This document shows, one piece after another, positions 47,967 through 56,925 of a stretch of DNA of 64,000 nucleotides. The position numbers and the translations under genes were made by a program. Position 1 is the first letter of the stretch. Every line of letters begins with the position of its first letter. The stretch is taken from contig JAZNEL010000013.1 of the NCBI GenBank assembly GCA_045588555.1, positions 17,394 to 81,393 on the forward strand, in the 5' to 3' direction. Under the pieces are notes generated by a model that saw only the letters and a list, made by a program, of their open reading frames with translations, was not told where the DNA came from and did not search any database. This DNA is from Acutalibacteraceae bacterium (lineage in GTDB: Bacteria; Bacillota; Clostridia; Oscillospirales; Acutalibacteraceae).

Positions 47967-48770
47967 GTGATTAAACTACTCGCTATCGATATGGACGGCA
48001 CCTGTCTCGACTCAAAAGGGAAAATGGCATCCGAAACAGTAAAGGCTCTTAAAACCGCCTCCGAAAAGGGTGTGCTCGTCGTACCTACCACGGGCAGAAA
48101 TGTAAACTGTCTGCCGAAGGCGCTGAAAAATCAGGATTTTTACCGTTACATTATTTCCTCTAACGGCTCTCTCGTGGTTGACACGCTCGAGGACAGGATT
48201 CTCTTTGATGCCTGCATAGAAAGCGATGTCGCCGCAGATATTCTTCGAAGGACCGGGGGTATGCTTATTTTTAAGGCGGCTCATATTGACCGTGACTATT
48301 ATACGCAGGGCTTTTTACTGCAGTATATGGTAAAGCGCTTTTTTGACGACGAAACGGCTGATATTATCAGAGTAAGAAATCTCGAGAGCTACATACGGAA
48401 AAGAGGCAAGCCTATCGAGGAGTTTCAGTTCTTTTATAAGGATGAGGGCTACCGCGCAAGGATAAAGGAAATTCTTGCCCCTTATCCCGAAATCACTGTG
48501 GCTCATTCCAAAGGCTACGCCGAGATTTATAACAGAAAGGGCTCCAAGGGTACGGCACTTTTGGCGCTCGGTGAAGCGTTAGGCATTACTGCCGATGAAA
48601 TAGCCTGTGTGGGCGATGAGGAAAACGACATCTCTATGTTCGATGTGGCGGGACTTCCTATGGCTATGGGTAACGCCATCGACGCCATTAAGGAAAGAGC
48701 GAAGGTTATTCTTCCCACAAATGACGAAAAAGGTGTGGTAACGGCCGTTTACGATTATGTACTGAAATAA
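47967..48770 (+). CDS. Cof-type HAD-IIB family phosphatase
   Basis: Motif I 'AIDMDGT', motif II 'VPTTGR', motif IV 'GDEENDISM'. The start is ambiguous: GTG 47967 with AAAGGA upstream, or ATG 47949/47958. Confidence 0.85.
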   Translation: MIKLLAIDMDGTCLDSKGKMASETVKALKTASEKGVLVVPTTGRNVNCLPKALKNQDFYRYIISSNGSLVVDTLEDRILFDACIESDVAADILRRTGGMLIFKAAHIDRDYYTQGFLLQYMVKRFFDDETADIIRVRNLESYIRKRGKPIEEFQFFYKDEGYRARIKEILAPYPEITVAHSKGYAEIYNRKGSKGTALLALGEALGITADEIACVGDEENDISMFDVAGLPMAMGNAIDAIKERAKVILPTNDEKGVVTAVYDYVLK

Positions 48771-48821
48771 AAAAATCCCTCACCCTGCGGCTCGGTGCCG
48801 TGACGGGTGGGGGATAAGCTT

Positions 48822-50315
48822 TTACTCTATGGCTTCCATTTTCGCTCTCTGCTCGAGAACGGCGGTGTGGAAGTCCTCCTTCGTTTTGCCTGTAAGCTTG
48901 TAGAAGAAGAAGGGAACACCTGCCAGGAACATCATAATGCCGTGAACGATGGTGTAGAAGAAAAGAAGGGTGATTTTCGTTTCGAGACTCTGTACGGGAT
49001 TCGGAACCGGGTCGGTAGGCTGAATGTATCCGATGACGGAGCCTTCACCGTAGAGAATCAGAGGGGCAAGAGAGCTGGCGACGGTGCCGCTGATGAGGGT
49101 ACCGATACCGATAACGAAGGGGAAGGAGGCATCGAAGCGCTTTCCTGTTTTAAGCTCGATGGTTTCCAGAACATCGGCCTGGAACATAGAGGGAAGGAGA
49201 TTTGATGCGCCGAACTGTAAGCCGATGAGGAAAAGGAAGACGATAAAGACTATCTGCAGAGCAGCTGTGCCTGTTTTAAAGTAGGTGTAGCCTACTGCGA
49301 AGGCGATGCAGTTAGCGCACAGAGAGTAAATACCGCTGGCGATGTAAAGCTGACGGGCATCGAATTTCTTCAGAAGGAAATTAATTACGAGCATACCGAC
49401 AGCAGTACCGATACCTACGGGAAGCACGAAAAGTATTTTTTTCGAAACATCACCTAAAACTGCCGCGGCGATAAAGGTTTCCATATAGGTTGAGATACCT
49501 CTGAAGGATTTCAGAAATTCGGAAATAATAATCGTCCAGGCATATTTGTTCTTTACTATGTCCTTAAAGCCTAAAAGAGGATTCTGTCTTTCGGCGGTGT
49601 AAACGGTTCTTTCGCGCACGAGCTTCATACCTGAAAGAACGGTGATGATGCCTACCACGGAGCAGAGTGCCGCTGAAATAATGTACTGCAGGCCCTCTAC
49701 GCTTCTTATGCTTGTACCTGTGACAGCTTCGATAAGTGCAGGGTTATCCTTGCTCCAGATGAGTCCGATAACCAGGAGAATTACCACGGGAGCGGAATTA
49801 CCCACAGCTGAGGAAATGCTTCTGAAGGAAAGCACCTTATCGCGCTCTTTTAGATTAGGTGTCATAACATTGGCTATCATATTGATGGAGTTACCGAAGG
49901 TGCAGAAAACGCTCCATAAAACAGCCAATGTGATAACATAAATGAAAAGCACCGATTCTGAAAGTCCTGTAGGTGCCCAGAAGGACAGAATCATAACGAT
50001 GGACATGGGCACGATAACGAGAGTGGTTATAGGCTTGAATTTTCCTTTTTTACCCATTCTTCTGCCGTCGATATACATAACGATGAAGAAATTCAGCACG
50101 AAGGGTATAACTGATGTGAGCAGATTAAAAAGTGAGGTCTGCTCCTCGGGAAGACGCAGAACATTGACTAAATAAGCGTTCCTGTTTCCGCCTACCATAC
50201 CTGTCATGGTTGTGTAGAAAAACACGCCGACCAGATAAAGAACAAATTCGGCCTTTCCTACATTTTTTCCGGACTCTCCGTTATAAACGCGAGCATGGGT
50301 TAATGTGTTTGACAT
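48822..50315 (-). CDS. Glycoside-pentoside-hexuronide (GPH)/MFS-type sugar:cation symporter
   Basis: ~12 TM helices and ~497 aa from ATG 50315 (GGAGAAAG RBS). The longer track ORF to 50531 lacks an RBS and would overlap the divergent esterase gene. Confidence 0.75.
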   Translation of the reverse strand: MSNTLTHARVYNGESGKNVGKAEFVLYLVGVFFYTTMTGMVGGNRNAYLVNVLRLPEEQTSLFNLLTSVIPFVLNFFIVMYIDGRRMGKKGKFKPITTLVIVPMSIVMILSFWAPTGLSESVLFIYVITLAVLWSVFCTFGNSINMIANVMTPNLKERDKVLSFRSISSAVGNSAPVVILLVIGLIWSKDNPALIEAVTGTSIRSVEGLQYIISAALCSVVGIITVLSGMKLVRERTVYTAERQNPLLGFKDIVKNKYAWTIIISEFLKSFRGISTYMETFIAAAVLGDVSKKILFVLPVGIGTAVGMLVINFLLKKFDARQLYIASGIYSLCANCIAFAVGYTYFKTGTAALQIVFIVFLFLIGLQFGASNLLPSMFQADVLETIELKTGKRFDASFPFVIGIGTLISGTVASSLAPLILYGEGSVIGYIQPTDPVPNPVQSLETKITLLFFYTIVHGIMMFLAGVPFFFYKLTGKTKEDFHTAVLEQRAKMEAIE

Positions 50316-50508
50316 AATGCTTTCTCCTTTTTTCATATTAGAAATATAACCTCTTTTATAATACTTTATTTCTACGGCTTTGGCAAGGTAAAGTGCACAA
50401 AAATATGTTAATTTTTTAACAATAGAAATAAAAAATAAATAAAGTGGCGCTGAACGGTTACTTTTAGATGAAAAATGTGTTATGATTATGAAAAAGAAGG
50501 TGAAATAT

Positions 50509-51465
50509 ATGTTAAAATATCCTATCAGCAAGGATTACGGTATATTCAGATTTTTTAAGCCTCCCGTATTCGCACCTGTTTTTCCCGTGGCGGAAAAATT
50601 TTTATCTGCACCGTCATTTCTTTTTAAGGATGATTCGTTAGATGTAAGGATAGAGACTGTAAAAGGCTTTGACGGATATGAGCTGACAGCTTATGTCATC
50701 TCTCCGAAAAGCTTAAGTGAGAAAAGTCCCTGCCTGGTGAATTTTCACGGTGGCGGATTTGTGTTTGAGGGAGCTTTTCATCATTATCGGCTGGCTATGA
50801 TGTATGCGAAAATGGCCGGCTGCAGGGTGATTTTTGTCAGATACCGTCTCGGTCCTAAATGGAAGCTTCCCGTACCTATGGAGGATTGCTGCAGTGCTCT
50901 GTGCTGGACTTACGAAAACGCAGAAAGACTCGGTATAGATAAAAATAACATCGCTGTGGGCGGCGACAGTGCAGGAGGCACCCTTTCAGCGGCTGTCTGT
51001 CTTATGAACCGCGACAGAGAGTACGGTATACCCATCCGCTTTCAGCTTCTCGTTTATCCCTTTCTTGATATGCGTAACAGCAGTCCCTCTGCACAGAAAT
51101 ACACGGACACACCGATGTGGAATTCTGCTCTTACGGAAAAGGTTAAGCCGATGCTGATGCCTGACGGTGAGGTGAACCGCTCCTACATTTCGCCCGCTGA
51201 AAGTGAAAGCCTTTCTGCTTTGCCTCCCGCGTATATCGAAACGGCGGAGTTTGACTGCCTCCACGATGACGGAATACTTTATGCAGAGTCTCTGCGCAAA
51301 GAGGGCATAGAGGTGGAGCTTTTTGAAACGAAGGGGACTATGCACGGATATGATATAGCGCTCAAATCTCCTATGGCAGTCAAGGCTGTAAAAAAGAGAA
51401 CTGATTTTATGAAAAGGATGTTTGCCGTAAGCATGGAAAGCACAGAAAGGCAGAAAAAAATATGA
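50509..51465 (+). CDS. Alpha/beta-hydrolase fold-3 esterase/lipase (HSL family)
   Basis: Oxyanion 'HGGGF', nucleophile 'GDSAGG', and the Asp/His regions 'DCLHDDG' and 'MHGY'. ATG 50509 has GAAGGTGA upstream. Confidence 0.88.
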   Translation: MLKYPISKDYGIFRFFKPPVFAPVFPVAEKFLSAPSFLFKDDSLDVRIETVKGFDGYELTAYVISPKSLSEKSPCLVNFHGGGFVFEGAFHHYRLAMMYAKMAGCRVIFVRYRLGPKWKLPVPMEDCCSALCWTYENAERLGIDKNNIAVGGDSAGGTLSAAVCLMNRDREYGIPIRFQLLVYPFLDMRNSSPSAQKYTDTPMWNSALTEKVKPMLMPDGEVNRSYISPAESESLSALPPAYIETAEFDCLHDDGILYAESLRKEGIEVELFETKGTMHGYDIALKSPMAVKAVKKRTDFMKRMFAVSMESTERQKKI

Positions 51466-52622
51466 CCCTGATTCTTATAGTAATTTACATCGTTTTTATC
51501 TCACTCGGTCTTCCCGATTCACTGTTCGGCGTGGCCTGGCCCGTGGTACACACGGAGTTCGGTATCAGCGAAGGCTTTGCCTCGGTTTACAGCATCATCA
51601 TCGGTGTTTGCACGGGGGGTGTCAGCTTCGTGGCCGGTAGGCTTATCCGTAAATTCGGCACGAGCAAGGTAACCTTTGTTTCCATCCTTATCACGGCTCT
51701 CGGTCTCGTAGCCATAAGCCTTTCTCCTAACATAGCAGTAATGCTCGTAAGCTCCGTTATTATGGGCTACGGTGCAGGTGCCATCGACACGGGTCTTAAT
51801 AACTTCGTATCCGTTCATTACAAGGCTCACCATATGAACTGGCTTCACTGCTTCTGGGGCGTGGGAGTTACGGTCAGCCCTCTGATTATGTCCGCTTTTT
51901 TAGGTGACAGCGGTACACAGTGGCGGGAGGGCTACAGAGTTATTGCACTGCTTCAGCTGCTTATCGCTCTTCTCGTTTTATTCTCACTTAAAAAGTGGAG
52001 AGGCATCGAAAGGTCGGAAAAGGAGGAGGCCTCCTCGGAGGAGACCTCTATGGGTATTATCGACATATTTAAAATCCGAGGTGTGCTGACGGGCGTGCTT
52101 TCTCTCGGTGCCTACTGCAGTATGGAGTTTCTTCTCGGTACCTGGGGCGCCAGCTATGCGGTAAATGTTTTCGCTGTTTCTCCCGATGTGGCGGCTAAAT
52201 GGGTGTCCCTTTATTACGGAGGCATTATGGTCGGCAGAGTTATTTCGGGCTTTATGTCGATGAAATTTAAGGACAAGGTGCTTATAAGAGGCGGTATCGC
52301 CGCGGCTTTTCTCGGTATGATTATTTTTGCCTTGCCGCTCGGTACAGCTTCTCTTTTCGGCTTTTTCCTCATCGGTATGGGCTTCGGTCCCGTTTTCCCG
52401 AGTGTTCTGCACAGTGTCCCGGAGCGCTTCGGTGCTAAATATTCGGCGGACATTACGGGCTATCATATGGGCGGTGCCTATGCCATCGGCTTCGCTGTTC
52501 AGCTTATTTACGGCTTTGTCGCTACGAAGGTAAGCTTTGGTATAACACCCTTTGTACTGGTGGCGCTGTGTCTGCTTTTAGTTATCTTTAACGAAAAGAC
52601 GGTAAAAAAGACGAATACATAA
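51462..52622 (+). CDS. MFS transporter
   Basis: 12 predicted TM helices. 4-nt overlap (ATGA) with the esterase gene implies co-transcription. Confidence 0.8.
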   Translation: MTLILIVIYIVFISLGLPDSLFGVAWPVVHTEFGISEGFASVYSIIIGVCTGGVSFVAGRLIRKFGTSKVTFVSILITALGLVAISLSPNIAVMLVSSVIMGYGAGAIDTGLNNFVSVHYKAHHMNWLHCFWGVGVTVSPLIMSAFLGDSGTQWREGYRVIALLQLLIALLVLFSLKKWRGIERSEKEEASSEETSMGIIDIFKIRGVLTGVLSLGAYCSMEFLLGTWGASYAVNVFAVSPDVAAKWVSLYYGGIMVGRVISGFMSMKFKDKVLIRGGIAAAFLGMIIFALPLGTASLFGFFLIGMGFGPVFPSVLHSVPERFGAKYSADITGYHMGGAYAIGFAVQLIYGFVATKVSFGITPFVLVALCLLLVIFNEKTVKKTNT

Positions 52623-52638
52623 TATTTACAGTAAAGAC

Positions 52639-52667
52639 TTGAAATTTTTTCTCTTTTAGAGTATAAT
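52639..52667 (+). promoter_or_regulatory. Near-consensus sigma-A promoter for the small ORF
   Basis: TTGAAA (52639-52644), 17 nt spacer, TATAAT (52662-52667). Confidence 0.55.
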
Positions 52668-52712
52668 GTATCACGCTGTTAAGCTTATTATTTCCTGAAA
52701 GGAGTTTTATAA

Positions 52713-52949
52713 ATGAAAAAGATTATCTGTAAAGTAGAGTACGATACCGAAAATGCAGAGCTCGTAGCAAAGTTTACAAGCGGCGAATTCGGTAGCACAG
52801 ACGGCTACGAAGAAAGTCTTTATGTTACTGCCGGCGGCAAATATTTCCTTTATGTTAACGGCGGCGAGGATTCCATCCATCCTGCTGAAAACATCACCAG
52901 AATGTCTGCTGACAAAGCAAAGCAGTGGCGTGCAGAAAAGAATGTTTAA
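52713..52949 (+). CDS. Small soluble hypothetical protein (78 aa)
   Basis: AAAGGAG RBS, with its own promoter and terminator. No signal peptide, TM or motif recognised. Confidence 0.55.
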   Translation: MKKIICKVEYDTENAELVAKFTSGEFGSTDGYEESLYVTAGGKYFLYVNGGEDSIHPAENITRMSADKAKQWRAEKNV

Positions 52950-52958
52950 AAGAAAAAT

Positions 52959-52988
52959 TGCCTTCCCGATGAGGGAAGGCATTTTTTT
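52959..52988. terminator. Bidirectional terminator
   Basis: 9-bp stem (52959-52967 pairs with 52973-52981), a 5-nt loop, and T7 on the + strand. A T-run is also present on the - strand. Confidence 0.7.
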
Positions 52989-52998
52989 ATGCTTTATT

Positions 52999-53853
52999 TC
53001 AGATTATTTCCGCTGTCCAGGAGTAGACGAAGCTTTCACCTGCACGGATGGCATTGATGCCCTCCTTTTGTGAAAAATCGTCCTTTTTCTCCAGAGAGTC
53101 GTTGACACCGCACCAGGGCTCTATGCACACATAGGGTGCTCCGGGCTTCGCCCAGATGCCGAGCCAGGGAGAATTATTGAGGTGAAAGATAACCTTGCGT
53201 GAGTGATTATCGCTTTCGAGGGTGACGGTGTCGGATTTGACACCGCTGAAAATGAGGGCATCCTCATTAAAAATATCCTTCGTAACCGTGATAACTCTTT
53301 CGTTTTTCAGCACGGGAACGGTTTCGGGGAGCCTTAAGGAATTAACGAGATCGATTCTTACCGTGTCGAGAGTCTCGTTTTCGCTGAAAACGAGACGGTC
53401 GCCGATATGGCAGTTAAAGGCGGGATGAGCACCGAGTGAGGCGTACATAATGCCGTCGTTTTCATTGATAATTTCGTGAGTTACCCTGAAGGAATTTTTA
53501 TCCAGTGTGAAAGTGACCTTGACCGTGAAATTATAAGGATACATCGCGAGGGTCTCTTCGGTCTGTGACAGCGTGAAGAACATCGAGCTTTCATCTGCAC
53601 CGCCGAAGCTCCACTGCATTTTACGGGCGAAGCCGTGCTTCGGCATAGTGTATTTTTTACCGTCGAGGAAGTAGCTGTCTTCTATCAGTCTGCCCACTAT
53701 GGGGAAAAGGATAGGGGACTGACCGGTCCAGTAGCTTGCATCGCCCTGCCAGAGATATTCTGTTCCGTTTTCTTTGTTTATGATGCTCGTGAGCTCACAG
53801 CCGAACTCCTTTACACCGATTTTAATGTAGCTGTTTTCGATGTAGTGAATCAT
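52999..53853 (-). CDS. Aldose 1-epimerase family protein (LacX-like mutarotase fold)
   Basis: 'PILFPIVGR', 'MPKHGFAR', 'LGAHPAFN' and 'CIEPWCG' blocks. Starts 12 nt after the SDR gene stop. Confidence 0.85.
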   Translation of the reverse strand: MIHYIENSYIKIGVKEFGCELTSIINKENGTEYLWQGDASYWTGQSPILFPIVGRLIEDSYFLDGKKYTMPKHGFARKMQWSFGGADESSMFFTLSQTEETLAMYPYNFTVKVTFTLDKNSFRVTHEIINENDGIMYASLGAHPAFNCHIGDRLVFSENETLDTVRIDLVNSLRLPETVPVLKNERVITVTKDIFNEDALIFSGVKSDTVTLESDNHSRKVIFHLNNSPWLGIWAKPGAPYVCIEPWCGVNDSLEKKDDFSQKEGINAIRAGESFVYSWTAEII

Positions 53854-53865
53854 AGATAAGCCTCC

Positions 53866-54666
53866 TTACGGTCTTAAGCCCATACCGCCCTCGAGGGTAA
53901 GGGTTTCACCGTTGAGATATTTGAAGTCGGGATTTGCCAGCTGAACGCATACTCTGCCGATTTCGAGCTCGCTGTCACCGAAGTGGCCTGCGGGAGGCAT
54001 TTTTACATTTGCCTTGAATGCATCGGGATATGCTTTTTCGAAGTTTTCGAGCTGTGCTGTCCAGGCCAGAGGGCAGATAACATTTACATTGATGCCGTCG
54101 GATGCCCATTCTGTAGCGGCTACGCGGCTGAGACCTCTGATGCCCTCCTTTGCGGCGGCATAGGAGCTCTGTCCGTAGTTACCGAAAAGACCTGCGCCCG
54201 AGGCGAAGTTTATAACGGAGCCCTGTGTTTCCTTAAGGTAGGGATAGCAGGCCTTCATATAGTAGAAGGTAGCATAAAGACCCGAGAACATAGCGAGATT
54301 GAACTGCTCTGTGGTGTGATCCTCTAATTTTACACCCGAGGCGGAGGCCTGTGCGTTATTGATGAGAACATCTATTCTGCCGAAGGTGTCCACAGCGGCC
54401 TTGATTACGCTGTTTACGACGGCTTCATTGTCTGCTCCCTCATTTACATCAGCCTGAACCGTGAGCACCTGAATGCCGTAAAGTCTTTCCAGCTCCTCTT
54501 TGGCAGCCTCTAATTTCTGCACATTTCGGCCTGTGATTACGAGATTAGCACCCTCCTTTGCGTAAGCGGTAGCGATGCCGTAGCCGATGGAGCCGCACCT
54601 GCCGTCGCTTAAAACGGCTCTGCCTGCACCTGTGATGATAGCTGTTTTACCTGTTAAAAAGCCCAT
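53866..54666 (-). CDS. Short-chain dehydrogenase/reductase (SDR)
   Basis: 'KTAIITGAG...GIG' cofactor motif, 'NNAQ', and catalytic 'SSYAAAKEG' (YxxxK). ATG 54666 has AAAGGAGA upstream. Confidence 0.9.
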   Translation of the reverse strand: MGFLTGKTAIITGAGRAVLSDGRCGSIGYGIATAYAKEGANLVITGRNVQKLEAAKEELERLYGIQVLTVQADVNEGADNEAVVNSVIKAAVDTFGRIDVLINNAQASASGVKLEDHTTEQFNLAMFSGLYATFYYMKACYPYLKETQGSVINFASGAGLFGNYGQSSYAAAKEGIRGLSRVAATEWASDGINVNVICPLAWTAQLENFEKAYPDAFKANVKMPPAGHFGDSELEIGRVCVQLANPDFKYLNGETLTLEGGMGLRP

Positions 54667-54734
54667 AGTTATTTCTCCTTTTATATTTTTTTTATATAAT
54701 ATCATTTTTCGCTTTCATTGTAAAGAAAATATGC

Positions 54735-55613
54735 TTATTTTTTTACTCTGATTATTCCGAAGCCTGTACCGACCTTGCCTGACGAAATAATATGCTCTTT
54801 AAGCTGTCTTTGAAGGGAGGTGTTTTCGGGATAAAGAAGGGGATTTTTTTCTTTTTTGCCGAATACTCTTTCTATGGCTTGAGAGGGGTTATCTGATGAG
54901 CCCAGAATTTCAAATCTTTCCGCAAAAGCGAGAATATTTGAATTTTCGCTCATATATTCCTTATTTCTTTCGCATAAAAGCCACGAGTCGCATATAAAAG
55001 CCTTATAGGGATAACCTTCAAAGAAGACCTTCGCTTTTTCGAATGACCTGTCACATTCCTTTACCGAAAGCTTTCCACCCTGAGGAATATGTATGTTCAG
55101 TACTTTTTCTCCGATTCTGATACCGTGGCTGTGTTTATCGTTTTTCATAACATAGGGCGGAAGATAAAACAGAAAGGGCTGAAACTGAAGCCTGCCGAGT
55201 CTGAAGATTTTGCAGTTGAGATGATTCTGTATCCATACAAGATTGCTGAGTCCGGATGTGCCCTTTTCTTTTCGGTGATTTTCGCTCCATATTGTAATGT
55301 CTGTCATCGTGTCGTAAAAGATATTCTCGCTTATTCCCTTTTCCCGGTAAAGCATAAGAGTATCTTTTGACTTGAGCAGTACAGCGGCAAGAAGATATTT
55401 ATAGGCATCTTCTCCTTTTAAAAGCTTTTCTGTCAGAAGTATTCTGCCGCAGGCTGCAGTGCTGATTTTTTTTCTGCGAAGAGCATCGATATGTCTGTGC
55501 TCGTTTTTATAAAGCTCTGTAATTTCTTTTATTATTTCCTCGGGCAGAGATATTCTGTGAGAAAAAGCTTCAAGCCATTGGAGATTTTCATTTTTAGCTT
55601 TCACAGTTTTCAT
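54735..55613 (-). CDS. Hypothetical protein, possibly a GNAT-like 'acyltransferase domain-containing' protein
   Basis: Good RBS. From memory only and unverified, 'GRLQF', 'HIPQGG' and 'ICDSWLL' resemble the NAT_N plus GNAT-like C-terminal proteins of Firmicutes. Confidence 0.45.
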   Translation of the reverse strand: MKTVKAKNENLQWLEAFSHRISLPEEIIKEITELYKNEHRHIDALRRKKISTAACGRILLTEKLLKGEDAYKYLLAAVLLKSKDTLMLYREKGISENIFYDTMTDITIWSENHRKEKGTSGLSNLVWIQNHLNCKIFRLGRLQFQPFLFYLPPYVMKNDKHSHGIRIGEKVLNIHIPQGGKLSVKECDRSFEKAKVFFEGYPYKAFICDSWLLCERNKEYMSENSNILAFAERFEILGSSDNPSQAIERVFGKKEKNPLLYPENTSLQRQLKEHIISSGKVGTGFGIIRVKK

Positions 55614-55805
55614 TCTTTATCTCCTTTGTTTTTGATAAAAAAAGTTTATAATATTTTATCTGCCTTGTCAACAGACTTTTATTCTGTCGGGGAAATAAAC
55701 AAAAACAGATAGGTGAATTTGTGTATTATATAGAAAAGAGTATTAATTTTTTTATTGTTCATATTTGCAATGTATAATTAAAAAAATATATAAAGGAGTA
55801 AGAAT

Positions 55806-56813
55806 ATGAAAATTTTACTCATCGGAGCGGGTGCCATCGGCGGTACTGTGGCTGTCTTGCTTAAAAATGCAGGCTATGATGTGCGCCTTATGTGCCACAG
55901 AGAAAAAACGAAGGAGCTTATCGAAAGAGAGGGCTTTTATCTTCACGGAGCCAAGGGCGAGTTCCGCGAGGACTTTATCTGCTACGGAGACTATGAGGCT
56001 TTGGGCGACGAGAGGTTTGAGCTTGTCATAATCGCCACGAAATATGCCGCTATGACGGAGTGTGCACGGGACTGTCTGCCCTTTGTGGCTGACGGAGGTC
56101 TCGTGGTCGGTATGCAGAACGGCATCCTTACCGAGGAGCTGGCGAAGACGGTCGGCAGAGATAAGGCCGTCGGATGTATGATAGGCTTCGGTGCCACTAA
56201 AAATGAGCCGAACGATGTTACGATGACCTCGAAGGGTGAGTTTTATGTGGGTATGCTTGACGGCAGACGGCCGAGGCTGCTGGACGCTTTTGCCGAAATG
56301 CTGAAGGCTGTCCTTCCCACGCAGGTTACCGGGGACATAAAGGGCAGACAGTATTCGAAGCTCATCATAAATTCCTGCATAAATGCCGTAGCGGGCATCA
56401 CTGGGAAAACTCTCGGCGAAATTTTAAAGGATGTCAGGGCAAGAGATCTCTTTCTCGCTATTGCCCGTGAGGGTATGGCAGTGGCGAAGGCTATGGATAT
56501 TAAGGTGCCGAAATACGGTGTTATGCTCGATTACAGGCTTCTTTCCTTAAGTAGCGGCAGGCTTTATAATTCTCTTTGTAAGCTGGTGGTGCGTGCGGTA
56601 GGTCTGCTTTACTCCGATGTGAAGCCATCCACGCTTCAGTCTCTGGAAAAGGGTGAGAAAACGGAGATAGACATTCTTAACGGCTATTTCGTGCAAAAGG
56701 GGACAGAGTATTCCGTTCCCACTCCCGTAAATACGAGACTTGTAGCTATGATTCACGAAATCGAAGAGGGTAAAAGAAAATCCGACTCCGATAATTTAGC
56801 GGAATTTTGCTGA
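55806..56813 (+). CDS. 2-dehydropantoate 2-reductase family oxidoreductase (PanE/ApbA-like)
   Basis: 'MKILLIGAGAIGG' Rossmann N-terminus, a Lys-containing 'GRQYSKLIINSCINA' region and C-terminal 'EIDILNGY'. Confidence 0.85.
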   Translation: MKILLIGAGAIGGTVAVLLKNAGYDVRLMCHREKTKELIEREGFYLHGAKGEFREDFICYGDYEALGDERFELVIIATKYAAMTECARDCLPFVADGGLVVGMQNGILTEELAKTVGRDKAVGCMIGFGATKNEPNDVTMTSKGEFYVGMLDGRRPRLLDAFAEMLKAVLPTQVTGDIKGRQYSKLIINSCINAVAGITGKTLGEILKDVRARDLFLAIAREGMAVAKAMDIKVPKYGVMLDYRLLSLSSGRLYNSLCKLVVRAVGLLYSDVKPSTLQSLEKGEKTEIDILNGYFVQKGTEYSVPTPVNTRLVAMIHEIEEGKRKSDSDNLAEFC

Positions 56814-56843
56814 ATAAAATCACGGCAGTATAAGAAAAAGGAC

Positions 56844-56881
56844 GGCGATATGAAAGGATGTAAAAAGCCTTTCGTATCGCC
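56844..56881. terminator. Bidirectional terminator between the panE-like and kinase genes
   Basis: 14-bp stem (56844-56857 pairs with 56868-56881, one G-U). The T-run is better on the minus strand. Confidence 0.65.
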
Positions 56882-56925
56882 CCTGTTAATTTATTTATCT
56901 GTTTTTTTCGGGTCTGCGGTATGTG

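Noticed and set aside
50316-50531. The N-terminal 72-codon extension of the GPH transporter ORF, together with the 9-codon extension of the esterase ORF (50482), which would make the two genes overlap head-to-head.
   Set aside because: Internal starts (ATG 50315 on the minus strand, ATG 50509 on the plus strand) have proper RBSs. The extensions are AT-rich, Phe/Ile/Tyr-rich promoter-region sequence.
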